From Candidatus Adlerbacteria bacterium (lineage in GTDB: Bacteria > Patescibacteriota > Minisyncoccia > Phycocordibacterales > SBAW01): DNA of 64,000 bases. The DNA lies in NCBI GenBank assembly GCA_963749085.1, contig CAVVLG010000002.1:293033-357032 (forward strand), written 5' to 3'. The notes under the pieces were generated by a model, which was given only the letters and a program-made list of their open reading frames with translations, did no database searches and had not been told where the DNA came from. Below are positions 49,374 through 59,400 of this stretch, in pieces (the stretch's first letter is position 1; each line of letters begins with the position of its first letter). The translations under genes and the position numbers were made by a program.

Positions 49374-50219
49374 AACCAATCTCAAAAATACCGTTGTAGA
49401 CTAAAGGCACAGGGCGTTACCCGTAATTTGCCTGCCCATGCCTCTCACCAACGAGCAGTGGAGCGTCATCGCTCCGTTTGTCACACCCCTCAAGCGTTTG
49501 GAAACCCGCGGCCGTCCCCGGCAGGACGACCGCAAGATACTGGAAGGTATCCTCTGGGCACTGAAGACCGGCGCCCAGTGGAAGCACCTGCCGAAAGACT
49601 ACCCGCCCTACCAGACCTGCCATCGCAGGTTCCAGCAGTGGGTGGAGAGCGGCGCCTTTGACCGCATCGTCGAAGCCCTGGCCATGGACATGGAATACCG
49701 GGGGCGCATCAAGCTCAGGAGCTGCTTTCTCGATGCCACCTTCGCGGGGGCAAAAAAGGGGGTCTTGGCGTGGGACCCACGAAGCGTGGGAAAGGCACCA
49801 AGATCATGGCGATTGCGGACGAAGGCTCTCTTCCAGTCGCCGTCTATGTGGCCTCTGCTTCTCCGAGCGAAGTCCGGTTGGTTGAAGACACGCTTGCCCG
49901 GCGATTTACCCGACAGAATCCGCTTCGCCTCACGGCTGACCGAGCATATGATTCCGATCCGCTGGATGGAACGCTCCTGAACAAATACCGCATCAAACTC
50001 ATTTCACCGCATCGCAGAGGCCGGGTGCGCAGAGCAACACAGGACGGCAGGGCGCTGCGCTCCTACAAGCGCCGGTGGAAGATTGAGCGGCTGTTCGCGT
50101 GGATGCACAACTGGAGAAAGCTCGTGACTCGCTACGAATACAAACTGCAGAACTTTGCCGCCTTCGTGAAGCTCGCGTGCATCATGCTATTACTCAAACA
50201 TTATTTTTGAGACTGGTTC
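49373..50219 (+). mobile_element. IS5-family (IS427-like) insertion sequence
   Basis: Terminal IRs GAACCAATCTCAAAAATA and TATTTTTGAGACTGGTTC (1 mismatch). TA is duplicated within a CTAG target. Confidence 0.93.
49438..50210 (+). CDS. IS5 transposase expressed by -1 frameshift (ORFs 49438 and 49770)
   Basis: LTNEQW..GRP..W..LP..Y..CHRRF..W, then DRAYD and YKRRWKIERLF. Slippery A AAA AAG at 49752-49758. Confidence 0.9.
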
Positions 50220-50386
50220 TAGGGGACTTGCGTCTGCGCTTCCATCTCGGCAGCCAGTGTGTTGGCAATCGGGTTATCTCCGTATGCGACGTGCCACACG
50301 ATGAGGGCGGCACCCAAGGCAAAAGAACCGACGAATAGAATCCCGACGAATGCGTTGACCTTGGATTTCCAAATACTTCCTTCCAC
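50219..50386 (-). CDS. Small single-TM hypothetical protein
   Basis: Hydrophobic segment FVGILFVGSFALGAALIVW. Follows cfa; start uncertain. Confidence 0.55.
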   Translation of the reverse strand: MEGSIWKSKVNAFVGILFVGSFALGAALIVWHVAYGDNPIANTLAAEMEAQTQVP

Positions 50387-50393
50387 AGCGGTA

Positions 50394-51512
50394 TTATCGC
50401 ACGGCACGATAGCCTCCCGGAACGCCGTGCTTTGAGAGGACGAGGTGCCAGAGTTGGTTGTGACGGACGCGAAAAGTCGCGGCGGAGATCTGCAGATACA
50501 GGCGCCACATGCGGTAAAAACGCTCGCTGTATTGATCCTGTATCTCAGGCCATCGCTTCTCGAAATTGGCGCACCAACTCAGAAGCGTGAGGTCATAATC
50601 GGGACCGAAATTGTGCCAGTCTTCCATGACGAGAAGATTATCGATTGCCTCGCCAATATAGGCTACTGAGGGCAAGACGCCACCGGGGAAAATGTATTTG
50701 TCTATCCACGGATCGGTCGCAATGGCGCTTTTGGTAGTGCCTATAGTGTGAAGCAAGAAGAGACCCTCGTCTTTGAGAAGCGTATATACCTTCTCCATAT
50801 ACGTGCGGTAATTTTTTGGACCCACGTGCTCGAACATGCCGATGCTTACGATATGATCGAATTGACCGGTGGTATCCCGATAATCCTCGAGTTTAATTTC
50901 AATCGGCAATCCCGCGCAACGCTCGCGCGCCAGCGCTGCCTGCTCTTTTGAAATAGTGGTGCCGGTCACGTGCACCCCATAGTGTTCTGCCGCAAACTTC
51001 GCGAAACTCCCCCAGCCGCAACCGATATCGAGAAGGGTTTGTCCCGCTTTGAGATTGAGTTTGCGGCAGATGAGCCTGAGCTTGGCCTCCTGCGCCTCTT
51101 CAAGGTCGCGAGCCGGTGGCGTGCCGCTCCAATAGCCGCAGCTGTAGACCATACGCTTGTCGAGCATGCGCTTGTAGAGGTCGTTGCCGACATCATAGTG
51201 CTGCTTCGCAACTCTCCCCGCGCGATCCTTATTCTGCTGATTGAGAATCCACGCACGCGCGACGTACCACAGCGTCCCTATCGATCTGACTTCTTGGTCG
51301 AGCCGCGCGCTGAACACCTTAAAAAAGAACGCGGGCATGTCCTCCACGTCCCACCAGCCGTCCATGTAGCTCTCCCCAACCCCGAGCGAACCCGAGGAAA
51401 AAACCCGGTCATAGAGGCGCTCGTCGTGCACCTGAATATCCCAGCGATGTGGGCCATTGAGCGTGATGCCGGCATGGGCGAGCAAGTGCGTGGCTCTCTC
51501 TTTGGACGTCAT
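50394..51512 (-). CDS. cfa: Cyclopropane fatty acyl phospholipid synthase
   Basis: GESYMDGWW, HYDVGNDLY, LDIGCGWG, SIGMFEHVG, WIDKYIFPGG. Confidence 0.93.
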   Translation of the reverse strand: MTSKERATHLLAHAGITLNGPHRWDIQVHDERLYDRVFSSGSLGVGESYMDGWWDVEDMPAFFFKVFSARLDQEVRSIGTLWYVARAWILNQQNKDRAGRVAKQHYDVGNDLYKRMLDKRMVYSCGYWSGTPPARDLEEAQEAKLRLICRKLNLKAGQTLLDIGCGWGSFAKFAAEHYGVHVTGTTISKEQAALARERCAGLPIEIKLEDYRDTTGQFDHIVSIGMFEHVGPKNYRTYMEKVYTLLKDEGLFLLHTIGTTKSAIATDPWIDKYIFPGGVLPSVAYIGEAIDNLLVMEDWHNFGPDYDLTLLSWCANFEKRWPEIQDQYSERFYRMWRLYLQISAATFRVRHNQLWHLVLSKHGVPGGYRAVR

Positions 51513-51529
51513 ACGGGCACCCTACGGCG

Positions 51530-52528
51530 TTATGTCTTTCGGGTCAATGCCTTTTTGATGGCTTTTTCAATATGGGGAGCGGCCAGACCGTAGTGCTCCA
51601 GTAACTCCCCCGGCTCTCCACTTTGGCCGAAAAGATCGCGCACGCCGACAAATTCAATAGGCACCGGACACTCCGAGGAGAGGAGCTCCGCGATGGCGCT
51701 GCCCATACCGCCCATGATTTGATGCTCCTCCACCGTTACCACAGCACCCGCTTCTTTCGCCGCGGCCACAACGGTCTCCCTGTCGAGCGGTTTAATAGTG
51801 TGTACGTTAATAACCGTCACCGCCACTTCTTGCTCCACATGCCTTGCCGCCGTGAGCGCATGAAAGAGCAAAGGCCCGGTAGCAAAAACGACCACCTCCG
51901 AGCGTCTAGAACCTATCGGTCCTCCGAAAAATAGTTCCGCTCTACCGAGTTGATAGGGCGTTTCGGAAGTGGTCATGAGCGGCGTATTGGCCCGCGCGAG
52001 GCGGATATACACGGGACCCGGCGTATGCGCCGCGGCAATCGTTGCCTTGCGCGCCTCCTCGACGTCGCACGGGGAGAGCACTGTCATATTGGGCTGCACG
52101 CGCATGAGGGCCATATCTTCAAGCGCCTGATGGGTTGCACCGTCGGGTCCGACCGAGAGCCCCGCGTGGGAGCCGGCAATTTTGACCGGCACATTATTCA
52201 ATGAGATCGTCGTCCGAATCTGTTCGTTATTGCGGCCGGGGCTGAACGTCGCATAGGAGGTTATAAACGGTATCTTGCCGTAGTTGGCGAGGCCCGAACC
52301 TATGGTCGCCAAGTTCTGCTCCGCGACGCCAAGCTCGATGTAGCGCTCGGGATATTTCTCTTTAAATGGGAGCACTCGCGTACTTTCGGCTAAATCGGCG
52401 CACAACACGACTACCTCCGGATTCGTTTCTCCTAATTCAAGAAGTCCCTTCCCGAACCCGTCTCGAGTGGGCGCCTGCTCGCTACCTTCAAAAAGGCCTT
52501 CTCTCAAGTGTGCCTCGGGATGCAACAT
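51530..52528 (-). CDS. Transketolase, C-terminal subunit
   Basis: GVAEQN, GPDGATHQ, VTVEEH. Confidence 0.93.
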   Translation of the reverse strand: MLHPEAHLREGLFEGSEQAPTRDGFGKGLLELGETNPEVVVLCADLAESTRVLPFKEKYPERYIELGVAEQNLATIGSGLANYGKIPFITSYATFSPGRNNEQIRTTISLNNVPVKIAGSHAGLSVGPDGATHQALEDMALMRVQPNMTVLSPCDVEEARKATIAAAHTPGPVYIRLARANTPLMTTSETPYQLGRAELFFGGPIGSRRSEVVVFATGPLLFHALTAARHVEQEVAVTVINVHTIKPLDRETVVAAAKEAGAVVTVEEHQIMGGMGSAIAELLSSECPVPIEFVGVRDLFGQSGEPGELLEHYGLAAPHIEKAIKKALTRKT

Positions 52529-52529
52529 A

Positions 52530-53387
52530 TTATTGGTGCTCGCTTTCTATTTTGCCTTTGAGTGTGCGGAGTTCAGCCAAGAATTTTGGTGCATCTTTTT
52601 GCAGCTCAGGCTTATAGGAGTGCCAGGTAAAATCGAACTCTATCTCCTTGATGCCTTTGCCGGGGATGGTGTGCGCGATGATGACGGTCGGCTTCTCGAA
52701 AATCGCTTTCGCTTCATCGATGACGTCGATAAACGCGGCGATGTTGTTGCCGTCGCACTCAAGCACGTGCCAGCCGAACGCTTCGTACTTCGCACGCAGG
52801 TTCTCAAGCGGCATCACGTTCTCGGTCATGCCGTTTATTTGAATATTATTGCGGTCGATGATTGCCGTAAGATTGTGAAGTTTGTTAGTGCCGGCGAACA
52901 TTGCCGACTCCCAGGTGTTGCCCGCGTCGTGCTCGCCGTCGGAAAGGCAGCAATAGACTCTGAACTTCTTGCCATCCATGCGCGCCCCGTAGGCGTACCC
53001 AGAAGCCTGCCCGAGCCCCGAACCTAAGGGCCCCGAGGTGGTCTCAAGCCCTGGCAAGCGCAGCCGCTCGGGATGGCCCTGGAGGCGCGAGCCGAATTTG
53101 CGCAGCGTCAAACATTCCTCCACGGGAAAATAGCCGGCGTGGGCCATCGCGGCATAGCGCACGGGCACAATGTGGCCGTTGCTGAGTATCAATCGGTCGC
53201 GCTCATCCCAGGCAGGATTTTTGGGATTGTGAGTGAGGATATGAAAATAGAAAGTGGCGAAGATGTCGGCCATGCCCAGGGGACCGGCGGTGTGGCCGCT
53301 TCCGGCCGCCACCAGCATTTCAATGATGGTCTCGCGGATAGCCTCGGCCTTCAGTTCAAGCTCATTTATTTTTTCTTCGGTTAACAT
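52530..53387 (-). CDS. Transketolase, N-terminal subunit
   Basis: SGH, RDRLILSNGH, LQGHP, and TPP-binding motif SDGE..DRN. Confidence 0.93.
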   Translation of the reverse strand: MLTEEKINELELKAEAIRETIIEMLVAAGSGHTAGPLGMADIFATFYFHILTHNPKNPAWDERDRLILSNGHIVPVRYAAMAHAGYFPVEECLTLRKFGSRLQGHPERLRLPGLETTSGPLGSGLGQASGYAYGARMDGKKFRVYCCLSDGEHDAGNTWESAMFAGTNKLHNLTAIIDRNNIQINGMTENVMPLENLRAKYEAFGWHVLECDGNNIAAFIDVIDEAKAIFEKPTVIIAHTIPGKGIKEIEFDFTWHSYKPELQKDAPKFLAELRTLKGKIESEHQ

Positions 53388-53452
53388 ACTCGATGTGAGA
53401 AATTCATTAACGCTTACGCTGACGGTATTCGACTATCACTATAGTATACTGT

Positions 53453-53610
53453 ATGGCACGACCACTAAGGACCTGAAAAAAGCTAGGAGCCCTCGTCGAG
53501 CAAAAGATGCTCGAGTTTTTTGGTGATCCCGATTCCGACCTTGAGCTAAAAGAGGGGTCGTGACTGAACTTCAGAAGCGTATGAAAAAAAAGCAGAAGTT
53601 CATCCCTCAG
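53453..53610 (+). pseudogene. Frameshifted remnant of a small antitoxin-like gene
   Basis: ATG lies 7 nt after TATAGT. Segments TTKDLK, LGALVEQKMLEFFGDPDSDLELKE and VTELQKRMKKKQKFIP fall in different frames. Confidence 0.5.
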
Positions 53611-53617
53611 TTCTTTT

Positions 53618-53686
53618 CTATATTCCGTTTGCCTCTGCTGTCAGTTTTTCTATCTCGGCTTTCGAGTCATCAGCGCCAAAAATAGC
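53618..53686 (-). pseudogene. Relic copy of the last 22 codons plus stop of rpe
   Basis: AIFGADDSKAEIEKLTAEANGI* versus rpe AIFDADDPKAEMEKLTAEANRV*. 55/69 nt identical to 54231-54299. Confidence 0.85.
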
Positions 53687-53747
53687 GAGGAAAAACAGAG
53701 TATCACCGTGCTGTGCTTCCAGCCCGAAAAATGCTACAGTAAAAACT

Positions 53748-53978
53748 ATGAAGAATATCATCCAATATCGCATCTTCAAAGGCGACAAGTACTATGTGGC
53801 CGAGGGCATTGATTTGCCGGTGGTAACGCAAGGAAAGACCCTCGATGAGTTGGCGAAGAATATCCAAGAAGCCACAGAGTTGTGCCTTAAAGGGGAAGAC
53901 CCGGCAGATTTCGGACTCTCTCCCGAGCCTTCCGTGCTCGTCAATATCGAATTGCCGCGTACTCAGGCTCATGCCTAA
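53748..53978 (+). CDS. hicB: HicB-like antitoxin
   Basis: YYVAE..LPVVTQGKTLDELAKNIQEA. Confidence 0.85.
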   Translation: MKNIIQYRIFKGDKYYVAEGIDLPVVTQGKTLDELAKNIQEATELCLKGEDPADFGLSPEPSVLVNIELPRTQAHA

Positions 53979-54213
53979 ACCGATATCGCTCAGTGGCCGC
54001 GACGTCGTCCACATTTTCGAGACATTCGGCTTTGCCATCGTCAGTCAAAAAGGGAGCCACATAAAGTTGAGACGCATGCCTAAAGAGGGTTTGCGGGAGA
54101 CACTTACCGTGCCGGATCACAAAGAACTCGACCGTGGTACGGTCGTGTCGCTCTTCCGGCAGGGTTGTCGCTACATTCCGCAAGAAGAGTTGCGGAAATA
54201 TTTCTATCGCTAA
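53971..54213 (+). CDS. hicA: HicA-like mRNA interferase toxin
   Basis: FGF..SQKGSHIKL..TVPDHKELDRGT. Start MPKP overlaps hicB. Confidence 0.88.
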   Translation: MPKPISLSGRDVVHIFETFGFAIVSQKGSHIKLRRMPKEGLRETLTVPDHKELDRGTVVSLFRQGCRYIPQEELRKYFYR

Positions 54214-54230
54214 TGTAGGAGTCGTTTGTG

Positions 54231-54932
54231 TTATACCCTGTTCGCTTCTGCCGTCAATTTTTCCATTTCGGCTTTCGGGTCGTCAGCGTCGAAAATAGCA
54301 TGGCCGACAATAAGCCGGGTGGCGCCTGCTTTCACCAGCGCATGTGCATTGTCTATGCCGACCGCACCGTCCACTTGAATCTGCAGGTTCGGATACCTGC
54401 GACGAAGACGCTCCACTAAGTAGAGCGCGCGTTTGTTGAACGCCTCGCCTTGAAATCCCACTCGATCGATGCCCATGACCTGCACGAAGTCGAAGATCGC
54501 GTCAAACTGCTCCAACACGTCCGGCTGCATATCCGGCATGAGTGCCAAACCGGTTGTGACGGTGAACGCGCCCTGGTCATCCTCGCGCACATCAGCCAAT
54601 AGTTGTAGAGCCTCAACTGCGCCCGGAGCCTTCGCGTGCACAATGATGCGCGATGCGCCCGCATGGACGAAGTCCATGACGCGCTCATGTGGATTGTCTA
54701 TCATAAGATCGAATTCAAACTCGAACTCATCCCAAAAAGGGAGGCCTTGCTCCTCCTTTACTATGGTGTCAAACGTCGAGCGATCCCTGTAGGGCCAGGT
54801 GCGGTTGCGCGCAAAGCGGCCGTCGACAACATCGACCTGCGCCAATGTCGAGGCTCCCCGGACACGCCCGAGATGTTCCTCAAGATCTTTGAAGCTCTTC
54901 GGCAGCACCGCGGGAATTATCTCGACAGACAT
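54231..54932 (-). CDS. rpe: Ribulose-phosphate 3-epimerase (divergent)
   Basis: QVDVVDGRF, DLMI, VQVMGI..GFQG, IQVDGAV. Confidence 0.85.
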   Translation of the reverse strand: MSVEIIPAVLPKSFKDLEEHLGRVRGASTLAQVDVVDGRFARNRTWPYRDRSTFDTIVKEEQGLPFWDEFEFEFDLMIDNPHERVMDFVHAGASRIIVHAKAPGAVEALQLLADVREDDQGAFTVTTGLALMPDMQPDVLEQFDAIFDFVQVMGIDRVGFQGEAFNKRALYLVERLRRRYPNLQIQVDGAVGIDNAHALVKAGATRLIVGHAIFDADDPKAEMEKLTAEANRV

Positions 54933-54941
54933 ACCATGCTT

Positions 54942-55427
54942 TTATTGGTCCAGTTTTCTGATGCGCCGTAAGTGCCGCTCTTCGCCCGAGAAGTCGGTCG
55001 TCAGCCATTCGATGACCGCCTCTTTCGCTTCATCCTGGGTCAGGAAACGCGCAGCAAGACACAACACGTTGGCATTTTGATGCGCACGCGGAGAAAGCAA
55101 TATGCTCAATGCCTTACCCGAGGCATCAATTTGGTTCCCGCGAGCCGGCCCGTAGTATACTTCGGCGCGCACACCACGGAATCGGTTGGCTGCCATCGCC
55201 TCCCCCTGACCTGAGGCTCCGATGGCTACGCCAGAGGCATCGGTATGCTCTGCCACGGCCCGCGCCAAGGGTGCAATGGTATCGGGATAATCGTCATCTT
55301 TGGCATACACAGAAGGACCCAGATCCTCGACGTCAAACCCGCGCTCCCCCAAAAACGACTCAAGCGCTTCTTTGAGTTCAAACCCGGCATGATCGGATGC
55401 GAGAAAGACTTTTTTATACATAGGCAC
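54942..55427 (-). CDS. rpiB: Ribose-5-phosphate isomerase B
   Basis: ASDHAGFELK, DDYPD, NANVLCL, RHLRRI. Confidence 0.92.
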   Translation of the reverse strand: MPMYKKVFLASDHAGFELKEALESFLGERGFDVEDLGPSVYAKDDDYPDTIAPLARAVAEHTDASGVAIGASGQGEAMAANRFRGVRAEVYYGPARGNQIDASGKALSILLSPRAHQNANVLCLAARFLTQDEAKEAVIEWLTTDFSGEERHLRRIRKLDQ

Positions 55428-56430
55428 CGGTTTTCTTTACATGTCTGAGCAGGGTGTAGGTGTACCCCATCTCGTTGTCGTACCACGCAAGCACCTTGAC
55501 TAGGGTACCGCCAACGACGCGCGTCATCGCGAGGTCAGCGATGGAGCCCTCGGTGCGGCCGATGATGTCGCTTGAGACAAGAGGTTCTTTAGTGACCGCA
55601 AAAATGCCCTTCCAACGCTCCAGACCCGCCGCCTCTTCTAACATGGAATTGACTTCCTCAACGGTGGTGTCTCGCTTTGATACAAAAGTAATATCAGAAA
55701 GCGACCCGGCAACGGTAGGGACGCGCATGGCGATCCCGTCGAATTTATTGACGAGCTGCTCGTACGCCTTGGTGACGGCAATAGCCGCCCCGGTTGAGTG
55801 CGGCACTATATTCTGCGCCGCCGCGCGGCCGTGACGAAAGTCGCTATCCTTGACTGGGGCGTCTACCAGAGACTGGGTGGCGGTGTAGGAGTGCGTGGTG
55901 CTTAAAATCGCCTTTTCTATTCCCAGCGCCTCGTCCAGAATCGCGATGACCGGGGAGGCCGAGTTAGTCGTGCATGAGGCATTGGAGGTTACGAGGCACG
56001 TCTGTAATTTCTCCTCGTTCACTCCTACCAAGACGGTCGCAGCGCCCTCCATCGCATCTTTGACCGGTGCGGTGATGACGACGCGCTTGGCGCCGGCGCG
56101 CAGGTGCGCGCTTGCCTTCTCGAAGCTGTCGAACACGCCGGTTGACTCGACGACTACGTCTATCCGCATATCCTTCCACGGGAGCCTCTCCGGGTCGCGT
56201 TCGCTGACGCAGTGAATCTCCTTGCCTCCCAGGATGAGGTTCCTTCCTTCTGCGCGTACGTCAAAGCGTGCTCCCCGATAGACGCTGTCATGCCGCAGCA
56301 AATAGGCAATGTTTTCAATATTGCCAACGTCATTGAACGCAACCATGTCTACGTCAGGGTCATTCCACGCCGCTCGCACAAAGCAGCGCCCAATGCGTCC
56401 CATCCCGTTTATTGCGACGCGCACCGCCAT
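55414..56430 (-). CDS. gap: Glyceraldehyde-3-phosphate dehydrogenase (type I)
   Basis: INGMGRIGR, SNASCTTN, WYDNEMGY. Confidence 0.96.
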   Translation of the reverse strand: MAVRVAINGMGRIGRCFVRAAWNDPDVDMVAFNDVGNIENIAYLLRHDSVYRGARFDVRAEGRNLILGGKEIHCVSERDPERLPWKDMRIDVVVESTGVFDSFEKASAHLRAGAKRVVITAPVKDAMEGAATVLVGVNEEKLQTCLVTSNASCTTNSASPVIAILDEALGIEKAILSTTHSYTATQSLVDAPVKDSDFRHGRAAAQNIVPHSTGAAIAVTKAYEQLVNKFDGIAMRVPTVAGSLSDITFVSKRDTTVEEVNSMLEEAAGLERWKGIFAVTKEPLVSSDIIGRTEGSIADLAMTRVVGGTLVKVLAWYDNEMGYTYTLLRHVKKTGAYV

Positions 56431-56445
56431 ACCCCCAAGTATATC

Positions 56446-59400
56446 TTATTCCTCCTCGAATGTTGGGAGAATCGAGACTGTCACGCTGCTGGTGTAATTG
56501 CTTCCATTACCGTCAAAGCACGAGAGGGTGAAGATGGTCGGGGCAGTGATGTTGGAGACTGTCGTGCCGCTTGAGCTCAGCGCAGTTGAGATGACGGTTC
56601 CGGAGTTGTTCGTCACCGTGCAGGAGGTCATGTTTGAGGTCGTCCAGGAGAGCGAGGTGCTGTCTCCTTTGACTACGCTGGAGGGATTGGCACTGATACC
56701 TTGGGTAATGGAGCCTGGGGGTGCACTTGCGGAAGTGGTAAACGATTGTATGCCCCCGTAGCCAGTACCAATCCCGTTTGAGGCGACGGCGCAGTAGTAA
56801 TACGTGGTAGCCGCAGTGAGCCCCGAGACGCTTTGAGCGTAGCCGATCGGACTTGAGCCGGAACCAAGGGAATCGCCTGCGGCGGGAACGATAGTGCCAA
56901 AGCTGCTGTTGCAGGTGCCAGGCTTGGTTATGCTGTAGACAAAGAACGCCGTCGTAGCAGCGCCATTTGGATTCACCGTCCCATTGAGAGTGGCCGTGGT
57001 GGCGGTTAGGTTCGTGGCAGGATCGGTAGTGACGGTGGGGGCGGAGGCGGGTGCAACGTATGTAAATTGGTCTCCCGAACTAGTGCCGCTGCCGCTCATC
57101 CCCGCCGAAGTGGTGACGGTCACTTCCACAGTCCCCGCGCTGCCAGCGGGCGAGGTCGCCGTGATGGAGGTGGCGCTGTTGACCGTGTAGGATGCCGCCG
57201 CAGTGGAGCCAAAGTTGACCGCCGTTACATCGGTAAAGTTGGTGCCCATGATGGTAACGCTCGTTCCTCCGGCGGTGGGGCCGCTCGTTGGGCTGACCCC
57301 GGTGACGGTGGGGGCGGAGGCGGGTGCAACGTATGTAAATTGGTCTCCCGAACTAGTGCCGCTGCCGCTCATCCCCGCCGAAGTGGTGACGGTCACTTCC
57401 ACAGTCCCCGCGCTGCCAGCGGGCGAGGTCGCCGTGATGGAGGTGGCGCTGTTGACCGTGTAGGATGCCGCCGCAGTGGAGCCAAAGTTGACCGCCGTTA
57501 CATCGGTAAAGTTGGTGCCCATGATGGTAACGCTCGTTCCTCCGGCGGTGGGGCCGCTCGTTGGGCTGACCCCGGTGACGGTGGGGGCGGAGGCGGGTGC
57601 AACGTATGTAAATTGGTCTCCCGAACTAGTGCCGCTGCCGCTCATCCCCGCCGAAGTGGTGACGGTCACTTCCACAGTCCCCGCGCTGCCAGCGGGCGAG
57701 GTCGCCGTGATGGAGGTGGCGCTGTTGACCGTGTAGGATGCCGCCGCAGTGGAGCCAAAGTTGACCGCCGTTACATCGGTAAAGTTGGTGCCCATGATGG
57801 TAACGCTCGTTCCTCCGGCGGTGGGGCCGCTCGTTGGGCTGACCCCGGTGACGGTGGGGGCGGAGGCGGTGGCGGGCTCTATATTGGTGGTGCCCGAGCA
57901 GGTGGAAGAGCCAGAGCTATTCGTGACGGCCATGATGACCGTCGATGAGACGGCGGCACTGTTGGTGTTTGTAAATGTGCCAGTCGTAGCCGTGCCCGAG
58001 GAGGAGGGGATGAAGGTGCTTGAAGACGGACTTACGGTGACTCCCGAAGGATACATATAGGAGAGCGTGGCGCTGGTGGGACTGTCTGCGGTGAGGTAGG
58101 AGACACTCGCTGAGGAGCCGCTTGGAATAGATGAAGGGACGTACACAGCACAGGTAGGAGGAGTGGAGCCGGAAGAGGAAGACGGATATATGGTGACAAC
58201 CGTGGTGGAGGCTTCGCCTACGGTATACCACTGTGGTCCGATGCCACCGCCCTGTTGAGCGGCGGTAAAGGTCACGGTTTTATTTGCGATGCCGAAGTTT
58301 GTGTTATTAAGGACGGTGAGTGTCATGGTGCCGCTGTACGCCCCACTGGCGATGTCAATATCTCCACCGAATGGGTCGGTTTTAAAATCGCTACCTCTCA
58401 TGGCTGTGCCGGTTACGGTGGTAGGCACCGCAAGCGCTTGCGCGGCATCAGAAGTGAGTGTGGCAGTGATGGTCACTTGCCCTCCCGTGCCTTCCACAGC
58501 CTGCGCGGTTGGGGGGGAGAGAGTGAGGGTGGGGGGGTATATGATATCCACCGTCGCAGGCGTTCCTGATAGGTAGCCGGGCGCGGAGGGAGTCAAAATC
58601 ACGTTTTTGCCGTCTCCTGATGGAAATGTCTCAAGCGTGATAGAACCGGCAGTACCTCCGGTAGGAATGGTGACGCTTGTTGGGTTTAACAAATAATCTT
58701 GATTAGTGGCCGAGGCTGTGCCACCTGTTTGGGTGAGTGTGATAGTGGTAGCGGCAGTAGCGGCAGCAGAGAGCGTGGCAGTTATGGTCGACTCTTGAGG
58801 TCCTCCGATGACGTTTGTCGGCGAAGCCGAGAGATTGACCACGGGAGTAAAGGCTATGATGTCGACGAGGCCACTGGTGGAGGGACTGCCGGCTCCGTCG
58901 TTGTTGGGCAGCCAATAGTCCGCTGCCAGGGTGGTGGTGGCGGTTACCGTCGTGCACGAGGTGAGGCTCGGGCTGCAGTAGCCGGAGCCGCCGCCCCCGC
59001 CATACGAGTAGCCGAAGTTGATACCGCTATAGCCGCCGCCAACAATGCCGCCGCCGCCGCCGCCGCCGTTATAACCTGCTCCGCCGCCGCCGCCGGGAGC
59101 CTGCTCTGATCCACCGCCGCTACCCCCCGTGAGCCCCCCGGCGGGTGGTGCGCTCCCCGCAGAGAGTGCCCCACCGCCTCCGGAATACCCGCCGCTTCCT
59201 GCTCCAGGACCTGCGCTCGTACCACCGCTGCCGGAAGTGCCTGGAGCATCTGTGCCTCCCGAGCCGCCGCCAAAGCCACCGGCCTCATCGTAGTAAGGAT
59301 CGGCGTAACCGCAGGGGTTTTCGGATACATTGGTCCAACTGCCTTCGCCGCCGCCGCCGCCTGCAATGACGAGGGCATTTGCCTGAGAAGGGGTTACCGG

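Noticed and set aside
57029-57869. Possible CRISPR array or DGR template/variable repeats
   Set aside because: These are coding domain repeats with no adenine-specific mismatches, and there is no reverse transcriptase in the window.
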